From: Candidatus Ozemobacteraceae bacterium
Lineage (GTDB): Bacteria; Muiribacteriota; Ozemobacteria; Ozemobacterales; Ozemobacteraceae
Direction: 5' to 3'
Assembly (NCBI GenBank): GCA_965140445.1
Contig: OZ223236.1
Span: forward strand, 3,586,498-3,650,497
Length of the DNA: 64,000 bases
Made by a program: the position numbers and the translations under genes. This document shows, piece by piece, positions 48,912 through 59,864 of this stretch; the stretch's first letter is position 1; every line of letters begins with the position of its first letter. The notes under the pieces were generated by a model. It had not been told where the DNA came from and did not search any database. It saw only the letters and a program-made list of their open reading frames with translations.

Positions 48912-50204
48912 ATGAAAAAATTAATCCTACTTGTGGCGCTTGCGGTTGTTTTAGTCGCTCCGTCTGCCAAAGCAGATCTGCTATCAGATAACTACCGGCT
49001 TCTATTTCCCAGAGTAGATTCATGGCCGGGACAACCTGGCAATCCTGGGGGTGGATTTCCACCTACTACCCCTCCAACAGTTCCACCAACTTACCCGCCA
49101 ACAACTCCAGGTTATCCAGGTAACGGTGGGGGCTATCAGTCAGCCTATCAGCTTTTCACTCGAGGGCAGGCTGCTTACAATCAGGGCAACCTCTATAATG
49201 CAATTCAGTTATTTCAGCGATTGCTGAATCAGTACCCCTATGACACTAATGCCCCAATGGCTTGCTACCTCACCGCAGAATCATATAGGCTCCTGAATAA
49301 CTTTTACAACGCGATAACCTACTACCAGAAAGTTTCTATAAGCTACCCAACTTTTACACAAGCCGACCGAGCTACCTATTATATTGGCTTTTGCAAAGTA
49401 AAGTTAAACGACTATTATGGCGCTATAAATGAATTCCGCAACTTCATCGCACGTTTCCCAATGAGCCAACTTATTGACGATGCATTCTATGTTATGGGCC
49501 GGACCTACGAAAATCTTGGTGATAACCAAAATGCCATTGATGCCTACGAAAAGGTCATTTATAACTATCCCAACTCTGACTATTATTCAAAGTGCAGAGA
49601 GCGCTTGTCTCTGCTCAAACCTGATGCAACATATCCCGACATGAACCCTACTCCACCGGAGTATCCAATCCCTCCAGGAAACTCTAATCCAGGCTTATCC
49701 GACCTGGAACTTTTCAACCGAGGACATTCCGAGCTTTTAAAAGGCAACACAGACAATGCAGTTACTTATTTTAATGAGCTGTTAAAAAGGTATCCCGCCT
49801 CAATTTATGCCGACGATGCCTTACTTTGGAAGGGCAAAGCATACCTCCAGCGCCAATCATACCTGCAGGCAATAGATGCTTTCGAGCTTTTCATGCGAAC
49901 TTACACATACTCAGATCTATACCCTGAAGCCGTTTATACCCTTGCTTATTCAGAATTCCAGCAAGGAAAGCAAAACGTTACCTTCAGACAGTATTTTGTT
50001 AGAGCAGCACAGCATTTCGCCTACTTCCAACAAAACTATCCAGTTCACAAGTGGGCATCTGAAGCACTGTTTGCTGCTGGCGAATGCTACGAAAATCTTG
50101 GCGATTACCACACTGCCAGAGGTTATTTCCAGCAAATCGTTGACCAGTATCCAAACACATCTACAGCCCAAAAGGCTCGCGAAAAGCTTAACAATACTTA
50201 TTAA
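48912..50204 (+). CDS. Secreted tetratricopeptide-repeat protein with proline-rich linker
   Basis: Signal peptide, a PPTTPPTVPPTYPPTTPGYPG linker and multiple TPR-like repeats. Confidence 0.6.
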   Translation: MKKLILLVALAVVLVAPSAKADLLSDNYRLLFPRVDSWPGQPGNPGGGFPPTTPPTVPPTYPPTTPGYPGNGGGYQSAYQLFTRGQAAYNQGNLYNAIQLFQRLLNQYPYDTNAPMACYLTAESYRLLNNFYNAITYYQKVSISYPTFTQADRATYYIGFCKVKLNDYYGAINEFRNFIARFPMSQLIDDAFYVMGRTYENLGDNQNAIDAYEKVIYNYPNSDYYSKCRERLSLLKPDATYPDMNPTPPEYPIPPGNSNPGLSDLELFNRGHSELLKGNTDNAVTYFNELLKRYPASIYADDALLWKGKAYLQRQSYLQAIDAFELFMRTYTYSDLYPEAVYTLAYSEFQQGKQNVTFRQYFVRAAQHFAYFQQNYPVHKWASEALFAAGECYENLGDYHTARGYFQQIVDQYPNTSTAQKAREKLNNTY

Positions 50205-50288
50205 GCAATAAAATTTAAAAGTTCCCCTTCTCAATTTTTGAGTTGGGGACTTTTTTTAATCAATTAAAATCACGCAAAGGCCCAAACC

Positions 50289-51473
50289 ATGGAACTATCA
50301 ATTGCCGAAGCCAGACAAATCATCCTACAACAACAGCTTCTTAGCGGTTTCAACGGCGCAACACAAGAGGCAATTAAACACCTGGGATACATTCAAATAG
50401 ATTCAATAAATGTTATAGAAAGAGCTCACAATCATATCTTATGGTCTCGCAACAGGGATTTTTTGCCTGGTCATCTAAGCGAACTTCATCATGATAAAAA
50501 AGAAGTTTTTGAATACTGGGCCCACGCCATGTCGTATCTGCCAACTAGCGACTATAGATATGTTTTGCCAATCATGAAGCGATTTAAAGAGCGAGCAGAT
50601 TGCCGCGAAATTTTGGCTGACAATAAGGGTCTGGTAAAAGAAATTCGCAAAAGAGTGGCTGAAGAAGGTCCCTTGTCTGCATCGGATTTTACCAATCCCA
50701 AAGAGTTTCAAGGTGGCGGCTGGTGGAACAGAAAACCAGCGAAGCAAGTATTAGAGGTTCTATACTGGCAAGGCGAGCTGGCCATTTCCCATCGAAAGAA
50801 TTTTAAGCGGTTCTACGACCTTACTGAAAGAGTCTTAAAGCTATCAAAAACGGATAAGAAAATGCCTTCTGTAAAAGAAGTAATGAAGCACCATATTGCC
50901 AAGGTATTGCGAACCCTTGGCGTTGCCTGCAAAGCTGATTTAACATGGTTTGTGCGCGATAAGTCCAATCTAATGTTGGCCTTGGAAGAAATGCTATCTG
51001 GCGAACAGGTTCAAATAATAAACCTTGAAGGTCAGGATCAGCCATTTTACGCGCTTTCTGAAGTATTGAACAATTTTTCAGCCGTCGAAACGGCAGCAAC
51101 AATGCACATCCTTTCCCCATTTGATAACATGGTTATTCGTAGAGACTTTGTTAAACGAATGTTTAACTTTGATTTCGTATTTGAGTGCTATGTTCCGCAA
51201 GCCAAACGGCGATTTGGGTATTTCTCATGTCCGATTTTATCTGGTCTGGAAATTATTGGAACCATTGACTGCAAAGCAGACAGAGCGAAAAAAGAGTTGA
51301 TTATAAAAAATCTGCACCTTAATACCAAAGGCTTAAAAGCAAAACAAATCAGCAATCTTCTTGAGAACTTATCAATTCAGGTCAAAGAGTTTTCACAATT
51401 TAATGGATGCAACAAATTTTCAGTAGAGTGCCAGAACAAAGATTCCAAAAGGCTCAGCAAAATTTTGGAGTAA
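50289..51473 (+). CDS. YcaQ/AlkZ-family winged-helix DNA-binding protein (putative interstrand-crosslink DNA glycosylase)
   Basis: 394 aa with an N-terminal region collinear with YcaQ/HTH_42 proteins. Confidence 0.6.
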   Translation: MELSIAEARQIILQQQLLSGFNGATQEAIKHLGYIQIDSINVIERAHNHILWSRNRDFLPGHLSELHHDKKEVFEYWAHAMSYLPTSDYRYVLPIMKRFKERADCREILADNKGLVKEIRKRVAEEGPLSASDFTNPKEFQGGGWWNRKPAKQVLEVLYWQGELAISHRKNFKRFYDLTERVLKLSKTDKKMPSVKEVMKHHIAKVLRTLGVACKADLTWFVRDKSNLMLALEEMLSGEQVQIINLEGQDQPFYALSEVLNNFSAVETAATMHILSPFDNMVIRRDFVKRMFNFDFVFECYVPQAKRRFGYFSCPILSGLEIIGTIDCKADRAKKELIIKNLHLNTKGLKAKQISNLLENLSIQVKEFSQFNGCNKFSVECQNKDSKRLSKILE

Positions 51474-51718
51474 TTGTATTTAACTTTTAATTTCGCCAGA
51501 GCGTTCACCAAAAAACTTTTTTCTTTCAAATCGCTGATAAGATAGCCAACCATAAACTTAATAACGCCGTATATAGAATACGAATCCCATTAAGGCAAAT
51601 TATGTACCCTTTTAATTTAAGCTGATTTAGCTTAAATTATTTGTATAAATTCTAAATCCGCATTTTTTTAAATGCGTTAAAATAGATTGTAAAATAAGGA
51701 ATCTTTCTGGAGGCGCTA

Positions 51719-54700
51719 ATGAGTTTTTTTGAACGAACTGTTTTTCTGTTAATTTTTTTTGCTTTAACTTTTGCCATGCCATCTAATGCACAAACACGTG
51801 AAGATTTGTGGAAAGATGTTAATAAAGCAAAAAGCAAAGGTTTGCCAAAGACAGCAATTGAGCATCTTGATAAAATTTATAAGATGGCTGTAGACGACAA
51901 AGACCTGCCAGACATCGTAAAATCGGTTTGTGAAAAAATCGTTCTTGAAGGCAACATACAAGGGAACAAGCCTGAAGAAAAAATTGTCAGACTCGAAGAA
52001 GTAATTAAAACTGCTGATGAAAGTGCAAAACCAATCTTAAAAATAGTATTAGCTAAGTGGTATTGGCATTATTACTCAAGAAATCGTTACAGATTTATGA
52101 ATAGATCCAGAACCGAAGGACTTAACGACAAAGACTTCACCACCTGGGATCTACCTAAGTTGTTTGAATATATAGGCAACCTCTATGAAAATGTTTTAAA
52201 ACAGGAAGAAGCTTTAAAAGCAATACCGATAAGCAAGCTTTATGGCTTTATTGAAAAAGGAAACCAGCCAGAAAAATTGCGCCCAACCCTTTTTGATTTC
52301 TTTGCCCACGAAGCTCTGTTTTTCTATATGGTTGATGATCAAAGCTCTGCTAAGCCAATGCGCGCATTTGAAATCGAAAGTGACTCACCAGCACTTCAAA
52401 GTGTAGATAAGTTCCTTAAATGGCGCCCTGATACAGTTGATAACACATCATGTAATTTTAGAGCTGTTGCCCTTTTCCAAAAGGTATTAAACAACGCCAA
52501 AGAATCTAATAATCTTGATGCTCTTCTGGACAATGATTTGATGAGAATCGAATGGGCCCATAGAGTAGCAGTGGGTGAAGCTGTTTCAGATTATTACCAG
52601 AAAATCCTGACCAGTTTTGCCGAAGAATACGCAAACCACCCCTACTCTGCCACTGCACTTGGGAAATTAGCACAGGAACTTGTAAAACAAAACGACCCTG
52701 TTAAAGCAATGGAAGTTTTGGAAAAAGGCTTAAGTGCTTATCCAAACTCTTATGGAGCTTCAATCTGCAAGGCAGTTAAAGCCCAGATTCTCCAGAAAAC
52801 TTTAACCCTGGAAACCGAAAGAATTCTTCTGCCAAAAGGATCTCAAGTAAGGATTTCCTATAAAAATATAGAAAATGTATATTTTAGACTGATTCCAAGA
52901 ACCGAAGATTCACTTACCGCTGATAAAAGACCATCTCCAGATAGTATTAACTGGGATGATTATGAGAAGATTCTAAAGGAGTATCCTTCCAAAGAATGGA
53001 GTGTAGCTCTTCACCCCACTAATGACTACAAAGAGAAAACTGTAATCATTGATTTACCAGACTTTGATAAAGGTCTCTATTACATTGCAGCTAGCGTTAA
53101 TTCGGACTTTAAACAATCTAACAACTGTATTAAGCTATCTCCAATTACAGTAACCAAACTTGCCATGGTTCTCAGAAAACTTGAAGGCAAAATCGAAGTA
53201 GTTATTCTTAACAGCGTTTCAGGGCAACCGGTAAAAGGAGTAAAGGTTAAGGGCCACTCATTCAATTGGGATACAGGTTGGAAAAGAATTCTATCAGCCA
53301 CTACAGACAAATTTGGAAAGGTAGAATTCCCTGGACAAAGAGGAAGCGGACTCTTCCTTGCTGACTACAAAGGTCACCTCGTTTACAAAAATTTCGACTT
53401 CTATTCTTATGAACCAAGCATCTATGGAAGCGGCGACAACGTATACTTTTTCACAGACAGAAAACTTTATAGACCAGGACAGATGCTTTATTTCAAGGGA
53501 GTTGCAGTTCACTATTCAACCAGCAACAATGATTATAAAGTTTTAAAAAATAAAAAAATCAGGGTTAGCCTGAGAGATCCGAATTATCAGGAAGTCACCG
53601 CAAAAGACTTCCAGACAAATGAATTTGGATCATTCTCTGGCACTTTTGATGCTCCATCAGATAGGCTTACCGGATCTTACCAACTAGTCTGCGAAAAAAT
53701 TTCTGGATCAACTCAAATTAAAATTGAGGAATATAAACGACCAAAATTCAAAGTTGAAATCGAAACCCCAAAAGAATCATTTCAGCTCGGAAAAAGTGTA
53801 AAAGTTCAGGGAACTGCTCTTGCCTACACTGGCGCAAAAGTTGATGGCGCAAAGGTCAAATATAGAGTAGTTAGAGAAGTGCAAATGCCCAGATGGTGCT
53901 GGTGGTATTATCCCGTTTCCAGCTCACAGGAAATTACTCATGGAGTTGCAGAAACGGATAAAGATGGGAAATTCACCATCCGTTTTACAGCCAAACCAGA
54001 CCTCTCAATATCAAGAGACACAGAGCCAGTCTTCACCTATAAAATTCATGCGGACGTCACTGATTCAAATGGCGAAACCAGATCTGCTGATCAGTTTATC
54101 AGGATTGGTTACACTTCTTTGAGCCTCAATCTAACCCTGGACGAAAAGCAATTCGCCAGAAAAGATTTTGAAATAGGAATCAAGACCTCGACTCTGGACG
54201 GAAAAGGACTTCCTGGAGCAGGAAAGATTCAGATTCATGAGCTAATTCAACCTGACAGAGCTTATCGGCAGAGCTATTTTTCAGACTATGAAAGCCGAAA
54301 AAATGATAAATCTAATCCTCGAACCTGGAAAGAAGGGAAAGTTGTAAAAGAACACAGCTTCAACAATAGCCTTGACGGCTCCTCATCTTTCAAAGTCAGT
54401 CTGCCAGTTGGCGCTTACAGGATTATTGGTCAAAGCAGAGACAAATATAATAACCCGGTTAAATCAATAAATGATTTTATCGTGATTGATCCCGAATCAG
54501 ATAAATTGGGAATCAATATTCCAAGTCTTTTCATTCCACTAAAACAAACTCTGCAACCAGGTGAAACATTTAAAGCCATTTGGGCTACGGGCTACAAACA
54601 AGGTCCTGCTTACATTGAAATAGAACATAAAAGCAAAGTCATTAAGTCTTTCTGGACAGAGAACTCTGAAACAGTGAAAACAATTGAATTGCCTATAACA

Positions 54701-57679
54701 GAGGACTTTAGAGGCGGTTTCACTGTCAGAGCATTTCATATCAAGGAAAACAAAGAATACTTCTATAACATTCGGGTTAATGTCCCATGGGAAAATAAAA
54801 AACTCCATCTTCGCTTTGCGCACATGACATCAAAGCTTCAACCTGGCCAAAAAGATACATGGAAAATCGAAATTAAAGGTGAAAACGCCGAATTTGGAGC
54901 GATAGAAATGCTGGCCGCCATGTATGATGCATCTCTAGATGCGTTTGCAGCTAATAGCTGGGCGGATTCTTTCCCGGTTTTCTATAATGATCGATCCTAT
55001 ATTCAACAGGTATATTCAAATCATGGTCAGCAGATGCAGACCTGGCGCGATAACCTGAATAGCTACTATGGCATACCTGATAGATCTTACCCCTCACTCC
55101 CACGTGAAGTTGTAAACAATTTCATGTCCTATGGATTCCCCGGAGGTCGCGATGGAATCAGGTTGATGAAATCCGGCAGAGGAATTCCTTCTCCATCGGC
55201 AATGGCTCCAAGAGCCAAAAAAATGGAAAGCATTTCAATGGCCAAAGAATCTTTTGCCGATAGCGAAATGTCTGATAGCATGGTCATGGAGGCAGCCCCT
55301 GCAGCTCCACCAGCAGATCAGGCTGCTGCAAACCAGGGCCCGGATCTTGATAAAGTGGCTGCCAGAAAAAATCTAAATGAAACAGCTTTCTTCTTCCCGC
55401 ACCTGACAGTTGATTCAGATGGAATGGTTTCTATAGAATTTACGGTTCCTGAGGCATTGACTACCTGGAAATTCCTCGGCTTCGCTCATGGAACCAAGTG
55501 TGAAGCCGGTGGCCTGATTGGTGAAACCGTAACCCAGAAAGATCTTATGGTTCAACCTAATCCCCCTAGATTTTTGCGAGAAGGCGATAGCCTTAGATTT
55601 TCAGCCAAAGTAACAAATCTCTCTGAAACAACCCAAACAGGAAAAATTAAACTTAAACTTGAAGATCCAGTTTCAGAAAAGCTAAGAACCAGCGAATTTG
55701 GACTAGATCAGGATACATTTGAATTTTCTGTTCCAGCTGGTGAATCCAAAGCGTTTGGATGGGTTCTTAAAGTTCCTGAAACCCCGGGACTTGTTAAATA
55801 TACCGTAGTGGGTGCAACCAATAAACTTTCTGATGGCGAAGAAGGATTGTTACCAATTCTTTCCAGAAGAATCTTTGTAACAGAGTCCCTTCCTTTACCT
55901 ATAATTGGACCTAAGAAAAAGAACTTCACCTTCCAAAAGCTTCTCGATTCCAAAAAGTCTGATACTCTGGTAAACCAGGGTTTAACGGTAGAGGTAACAT
56001 CTAATCCCGCATGGTATGCAGTTCAAGCTCTGCCGTATCTCATGGAATTCCCACACGAATGTTCTGAGCAAATCTTCAACCGAATTTATGCAAATCAGAT
56101 TGCCGGCTTTATTGCAAACTCAGATCCAAAAATCAAAAAAGTTTTTGAAACATGGAAAGCAGATGAAGCCAACGGGGGAAAAGCTCTATACTCCAACCTG
56201 GAGAAAAATGAACATTTAAAATCGGTAACCCTGTTAGAAACCCCATGGGTTCTTGACGCAAAATCAGAGAATGAGCAAAAGCACAGAATCGGTGTTTTGT
56301 TTGATAGAAACCGCATTGATAATGAACTATCAAGAGCAATGAAAAAGCTGGCAAATGCACAACTAGGTGATGGCAGTTTCTCATGGTTCCCAGGTGGCAG
56401 ACCTAACTCATTCATTACCCTTTATATAATGACAGGCTTCGGAAGGATGAGGCACCTTGGGGTTGATATAGATGTCAGCATGGCCCTTAAATCCCTTAAC
56501 CATCTTGATAATTGGATAGACGAATACTACAGAGAAATAATCAGACATTCTGGTTACGCCTCACGTGTGAATATTAATCCAACCGTCGCCCTATATCTAT
56601 ATGGAAGAAGCTTCTTCCTGAAAGAAAGACCAATACCTTCTTCAAGTAAAAAAGCTGTTGAATTCTTCCTTGATGAGGCAAGAGAAAAATGGCTGAAAGT
56701 AAATTCCAGACTTGCCCAAGGTCAAATAGCGCTTGCCCTTAAACGCTTTGGAGATAAATCAGTTCCGGCAGCTATAGTTGATAGTATTAGAGAAAGAAGT
56801 GTTACCGACGAAGAACTTGGTATGTTCTGGCGGGAGAATGAGCTTTCATTCTGGTGGTATCGCGCTGAGATTGAAACCCAGGCCGTTATGATAGAACTGT
56901 TTGATGAGGTTGCAAAAGATGAAAAAGCTGTAGAAAGCTGTAAGGTATGGCTTCTCAAGCAAAAGCAAACTCAAAACTGGAAAACCACTAAAGCTACGGC
57001 TGATGCTATATACGCTCTGTTACTAAAAGGCGCTAACCTACTTGCATCAGATAAACTTGTTAAGGTTTCCCTTGGCGGCACAGAAGTTAAACCTGAAAAG
57101 GTGGAGGCTGGCACAGGTTACTATCAAAAGATCTATGCGCCCTCTGAAGTAAAGGCAGAAATGGGCAATATTACACTTACCAAAGAAGACAAAGGCGTTG
57201 CATGGGGCGCGGTTCACTGGCAGTATCTTGAAGACATGACCAAGGTAACTCCTCATGAAACAAATCTTAAACTCAAAAAGACCATTTTTGTAAAAAAGGA
57301 TACTGAGAAAGGTCCTACTATTTCGCCAGTTAACGGGCCACTGAAAATTGGTGATCTGGTCGTTATAAGAATTGAGTTAAGAACAGACAGAGACATGGAA
57401 TTCATCCACATGAAAGATCAGCGCGGTAGTGGTATGGAGCCTGTTAATGTTATTTCACGATACAAGTATCAGGATGGGTTAGCTTATTACGAAGCAACTA
57501 AAGATACAGCAACCCATTTCTACATGGATTACCTACCCAAAGGCGTATACGTGTTTGAATATGAAACAAGAATTCAACACGCCGGACAATATCAAACCGG
57601 TATGGCTGAAATTCAATGCATGTATGCTCCAGAGTTTAACAGTCACTCACAAAGTTTCTCTCTGGATGTTAGACAATAG
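51719..57679 (+). CDS. Bacterial alpha-2-macroglobulin family protein (1986 aa) with thioester-like CSEQ motif
   Basis: Signal peptide, an MG-domain beta-rich N-terminal two-thirds, FPHECSEQ at the thioester position, and an alpha-helical TED followed by a receptor-binding-like C-terminus. Confidence 0.8.
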   Translation: MSFFERTVFLLIFFALTFAMPSNAQTREDLWKDVNKAKSKGLPKTAIEHLDKIYKMAVDDKDLPDIVKSVCEKIVLEGNIQGNKPEEKIVRLEEVIKTADESAKPILKIVLAKWYWHYYSRNRYRFMNRSRTEGLNDKDFTTWDLPKLFEYIGNLYENVLKQEEALKAIPISKLYGFIEKGNQPEKLRPTLFDFFAHEALFFYMVDDQSSAKPMRAFEIESDSPALQSVDKFLKWRPDTVDNTSCNFRAVALFQKVLNNAKESNNLDALLDNDLMRIEWAHRVAVGEAVSDYYQKILTSFAEEYANHPYSATALGKLAQELVKQNDPVKAMEVLEKGLSAYPNSYGASICKAVKAQILQKTLTLETERILLPKGSQVRISYKNIENVYFRLIPRTEDSLTADKRPSPDSINWDDYEKILKEYPSKEWSVALHPTNDYKEKTVIIDLPDFDKGLYYIAASVNSDFKQSNNCIKLSPITVTKLAMVLRKLEGKIEVVILNSVSGQPVKGVKVKGHSFNWDTGWKRILSATTDKFGKVEFPGQRGSGLFLADYKGHLVYKNFDFYSYEPSIYGSGDNVYFFTDRKLYRPGQMLYFKGVAVHYSTSNNDYKVLKNKKIRVSLRDPNYQEVTAKDFQTNEFGSFSGTFDAPSDRLTGSYQLVCEKISGSTQIKIEEYKRPKFKVEIETPKESFQLGKSVKVQGTALAYTGAKVDGAKVKYRVVREVQMPRWCWWYYPVSSSQEITHGVAETDKDGKFTIRFTAKPDLSISRDTEPVFTYKIHADVTDSNGETRSADQFIRIGYTSLSLNLTLDEKQFARKDFEIGIKTSTLDGKGLPGAGKIQIHELIQPDRAYRQSYFSDYESRKNDKSNPRTWKEGKVVKEHSFNNSLDGSSSFKVSLPVGAYRIIGQSRDKYNNPVKSINDFIVIDPESDKLGINIPSLFIPLKQTLQPGETFKAIWATGYKQGPAYIEIEHKSKVIKSFWTENSETVKTIELPITEDFRGGFTVRAFHIKENKEYFYNIRVNVPWENKKLHLRFAHMTSKLQPGQKDTWKIEIKGENAEFGAIEMLAAMYDASLDAFAANSWADSFPVFYNDRSYIQQVYSNHGQQMQTWRDNLNSYYGIPDRSYPSLPREVVNNFMSYGFPGGRDGIRLMKSGRGIPSPSAMAPRAKKMESISMAKESFADSEMSDSMVMEAAPAAPPADQAAANQGPDLDKVAARKNLNETAFFFPHLTVDSDGMVSIEFTVPEALTTWKFLGFAHGTKCEAGGLIGETVTQKDLMVQPNPPRFLREGDSLRFSAKVTNLSETTQTGKIKLKLEDPVSEKLRTSEFGLDQDTFEFSVPAGESKAFGWVLKVPETPGLVKYTVVGATNKLSDGEEGLLPILSRRIFVTESLPLPIIGPKKKNFTFQKLLDSKKSDTLVNQGLTVEVTSNPAWYAVQALPYLMEFPHECSEQIFNRIYANQIAGFIANSDPKIKKVFETWKADEANGGKALYSNLEKNEHLKSVTLLETPWVLDAKSENEQKHRIGVLFDRNRIDNELSRAMKKLANAQLGDGSFSWFPGGRPNSFITLYIMTGFGRMRHLGVDIDVSMALKSLNHLDNWIDEYYREIIRHSGYASRVNINPTVALYLYGRSFFLKERPIPSSSKKAVEFFLDEAREKWLKVNSRLAQGQIALALKRFGDKSVPAAIVDSIRERSVTDEELGMFWRENELSFWWYRAEIETQAVMIELFDEVAKDEKAVESCKVWLLKQKQTQNWKTTKATADAIYALLLKGANLLASDKLVKVSLGGTEVKPEKVEAGTGYYQKIYAPSEVKAEMGNITLTKEDKGVAWGAVHWQYLEDMTKVTPHETNLKLKKTIFVKKDTEKGPTISPVNGPLKIGDLVVIRIELRTDRDMEFIHMKDQRGSGMEPVNVISRYKYQDGLAYYEATKDTATHFYMDYLPKGVYVFEYETRIQHAGQYQTGMAEIQCMYAPEFNSHSQSFSLDVRQ

Positions 57680-57705
57680 TAAAATAGATACCGTCTAAAT
57701 GAATT

Positions 57706-57740
57706 AAGCGGCCAGTGATTATTCACTGGCCGCTTTTCAT
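57706..57740. terminator. Bidirectional Rho-independent terminator
   Basis: aagcggccagtga-ttat-tcactggccgctt with a 13-bp stem, followed by a T-run. Confidence 0.8.
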
Positions 57741-57780
57741 TCAAAAAGCCTGGAATTCTACTTCAATACAACTTTTGTAA

Positions 57781-59415
57781 CTATTTTTTTGGATTATGTA
57801 AGCTCTCGAATTTTTCAGTCTGCTCTTGATACAATGAAGTCATCTTTTTTCCAGATTCCAGGCTTTCAGGAAGGCTTTTGTAAATCTCTGAAGGTGAGAT
57901 AATAAACATGGAAATTCTGACATAGTCCTCAAGCTGTCCGTCAGAATTATAGAACATTACCAAAGGAAGCTCGCCATTAATCTCTCGATCTTTATTTCTG
58001 CTGACACTTCCCCACCTGATATTTTCAGGCTTATTTCTTTTCTTCCAAATAATTTTTGAACTAAGAATTCCAAGAAAATTGATAGATTTAAGCTCCGGCA
58101 TGGCCGCCAAAGCTTCCAAATATTGTGCCTCCAGGGCAAGCTCGGGACCGACCAGGCCTTGAGGAAACTGAACAACCACGAGAGGTTTTCCACTAAGCTT
58201 GCTGGAAATTTTTTCTGGAATCTTAGGACTATCAGCCAAAACAATACTATATGAAGGCTGAACAGCTATTGTTGGAGCATTGGTAAATGTCACTGAGACA
58301 GGATCTGAGGGAGCTGACTGCCCTGTTCCATTTACTGCAATAACTGTATACGTAGCGGTATTTCCCTCAACAACGTTCTCAGTAACAGTTACATTATTAA
58401 TAGAGGAAGGCACATTAAATATTGCCCACTCCTGATTTTCATAAACCTTGTAATAAGTAGCACCATTAGCAGCTGTCCACTGCAATGTGCATGAAAATGA
58501 AGATACCGCGGTAACTGCCAGAACAGGCTTAGCTGGAAGCAACTGGACAATTATTGATTCAGACAAATCTGAGCCACCGGATGAGTTTATAACTTTCATT
58601 TGAACACTTACAGTGTTTCCCTCAGTAAATCCTTCAGCCAGGTATTCAAAGGTATCAGAGCCTAATTTAGCTTTTTCCTCACCATTGATAACGACAAAAT
58701 AGTTCTCCGCATTTTCTGTTTTGCTCCAGGTTACCTTAAACCAGGTATCCCCAATGTCTGTATTTTTTATGGTTATCTCTGGTGGCGGTGGTAAAAGCTG
58801 AAACTGAATTTTGGACGACAAATAGGACTCACCGGTTGAGTTTACCGCGGTAACAGCTACTCCCATTAAGTTACCAGTTATCAAGCCATTCGCTATAAAA
58901 GCAGAATTTTTGTCACCAGACACGGTTGCCAGTAATTTATTCGGATACTCATACACTCGATACTCGGTTGCACTTGGCACCTTTCTCCATATAATTCCAA
59001 AAGATGCAGAGCCAATATCATAAGCATTTACACCCTCTGGTGAAGCTGGAGCCATCAAAATTCGTGATGCGGTTGAAACACCTACGGCTGATCCATTCTG
59101 AAATGTCACAACGGTAACATCGTATATTCCACCTGGTTGGAGCCCTACAAGCTTTTCAGAAGTAAATTTAGTAGATGAACCATAAAATGTATGATTGAGC
59201 TGGACCTGATAGTGCGTTGTTTTGTTAAATTCAGTATAGGTATCCCATGAAACGGTCATACCATCAGACTTAACCTCTGAAACCACAGGCGGTTTAGCAA
59301 AATAATCCCTTGCACCTCTATTGGTCTGAGCAATCAGATTCCCCCCTACCAGAAGTGCCACAAAAATAGAAAACAGACACAATCCCTGTAGAAAGCTTCT
59401 ATTAGATTTTTTCAT
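57781..59415 (-). CDS. Secreted protein with tandem fibronectin-III-like domains and a C-terminal thioredoxin-like/unknown domain
   Basis: Signal peptide and repeated Ig/FN3-like beta modules (YTVTAV.., YVVING..). Confidence 0.45.
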   Translation of the reverse strand: MKKSNRSFLQGLCLFSIFVALLVGGNLIAQTNRGARDYFAKPPVVSEVKSDGMTVSWDTYTEFNKTTHYQVQLNHTFYGSSTKFTSEKLVGLQPGGIYDVTVVTFQNGSAVGVSTASRILMAPASPEGVNAYDIGSASFGIIWRKVPSATEYRVYEYPNKLLATVSGDKNSAFIANGLITGNLMGVAVTAVNSTGESYLSSKIQFQLLPPPPEITIKNTDIGDTWFKVTWSKTENAENYFVVINGEEKAKLGSDTFEYLAEGFTEGNTVSVQMKVINSSGGSDLSESIIVQLLPAKPVLAVTAVSSFSCTLQWTAANGATYYKVYENQEWAIFNVPSSINNVTVTENVVEGNTATYTVIAVNGTGQSAPSDPVSVTFTNAPTIAVQPSYSIVLADSPKIPEKISSKLSGKPLVVVQFPQGLVGPELALEAQYLEALAAMPELKSINFLGILSSKIIWKKRNKPENIRWGSVSRNKDREINGELPLVMFYNSDGQLEDYVRISMFIISPSEIYKSLPESLESGKKMTSLYQEQTEKFESLHNPKK

Positions 59416-59664
59416 TCCAAAACTTACTCCCTGGCAAACATATGCGCTTTTGATTCAGATCGAAGATGTTATTTAAAATGCAAACATTTGCCAGTAGTTT
59501 TTTATTAATTTTGCACTTTTAAAATTTTAGACTTTTATCGCTTTGGTAACAGTTAATTATCTAGCTTTTGCATTTTTTCCTAAAAATAACTTTCCTCAAA
59601 ATAAAGTTGTTTAAATTACTGCAAAACCCTAGAATTAACAGAACATCATCAAGGAGAAAAGCAA

Positions 59665-59856
59665 ATGGCAAATTGCTCAAACAATCTTCCATGTTCCTGC
59701 ACCTATTCTTGCGGAAAAAGGCATAAATGTTGTGAATGTGTAGCCTATCACCGAGATATGAATCAAATTCCTGGATGCTTCTTTTCCAAAAATGGAGAAA
59801 AATCCTACGATAGAAGCATTGAAAACTTTATCAAGGATTACCAAAATCGGAGTTAA
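59665..59856 (+). CDS. Small cysteine-rich protein (63 aa, 9 Cys)
   Basis: A strong AAGGAG RBS 7 nt upstream of the ATG. CSNNLPCSCTYSCGKRHKCCEC cluster. Confidence 0.5.
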   Translation: MANCSNNLPCSCTYSCGKRHKCCECVAYHRDMNQIPGCFFSKNGEKSYDRSIENFIKDYQNRS

Positions 59857-59864
59857 AATACAGT

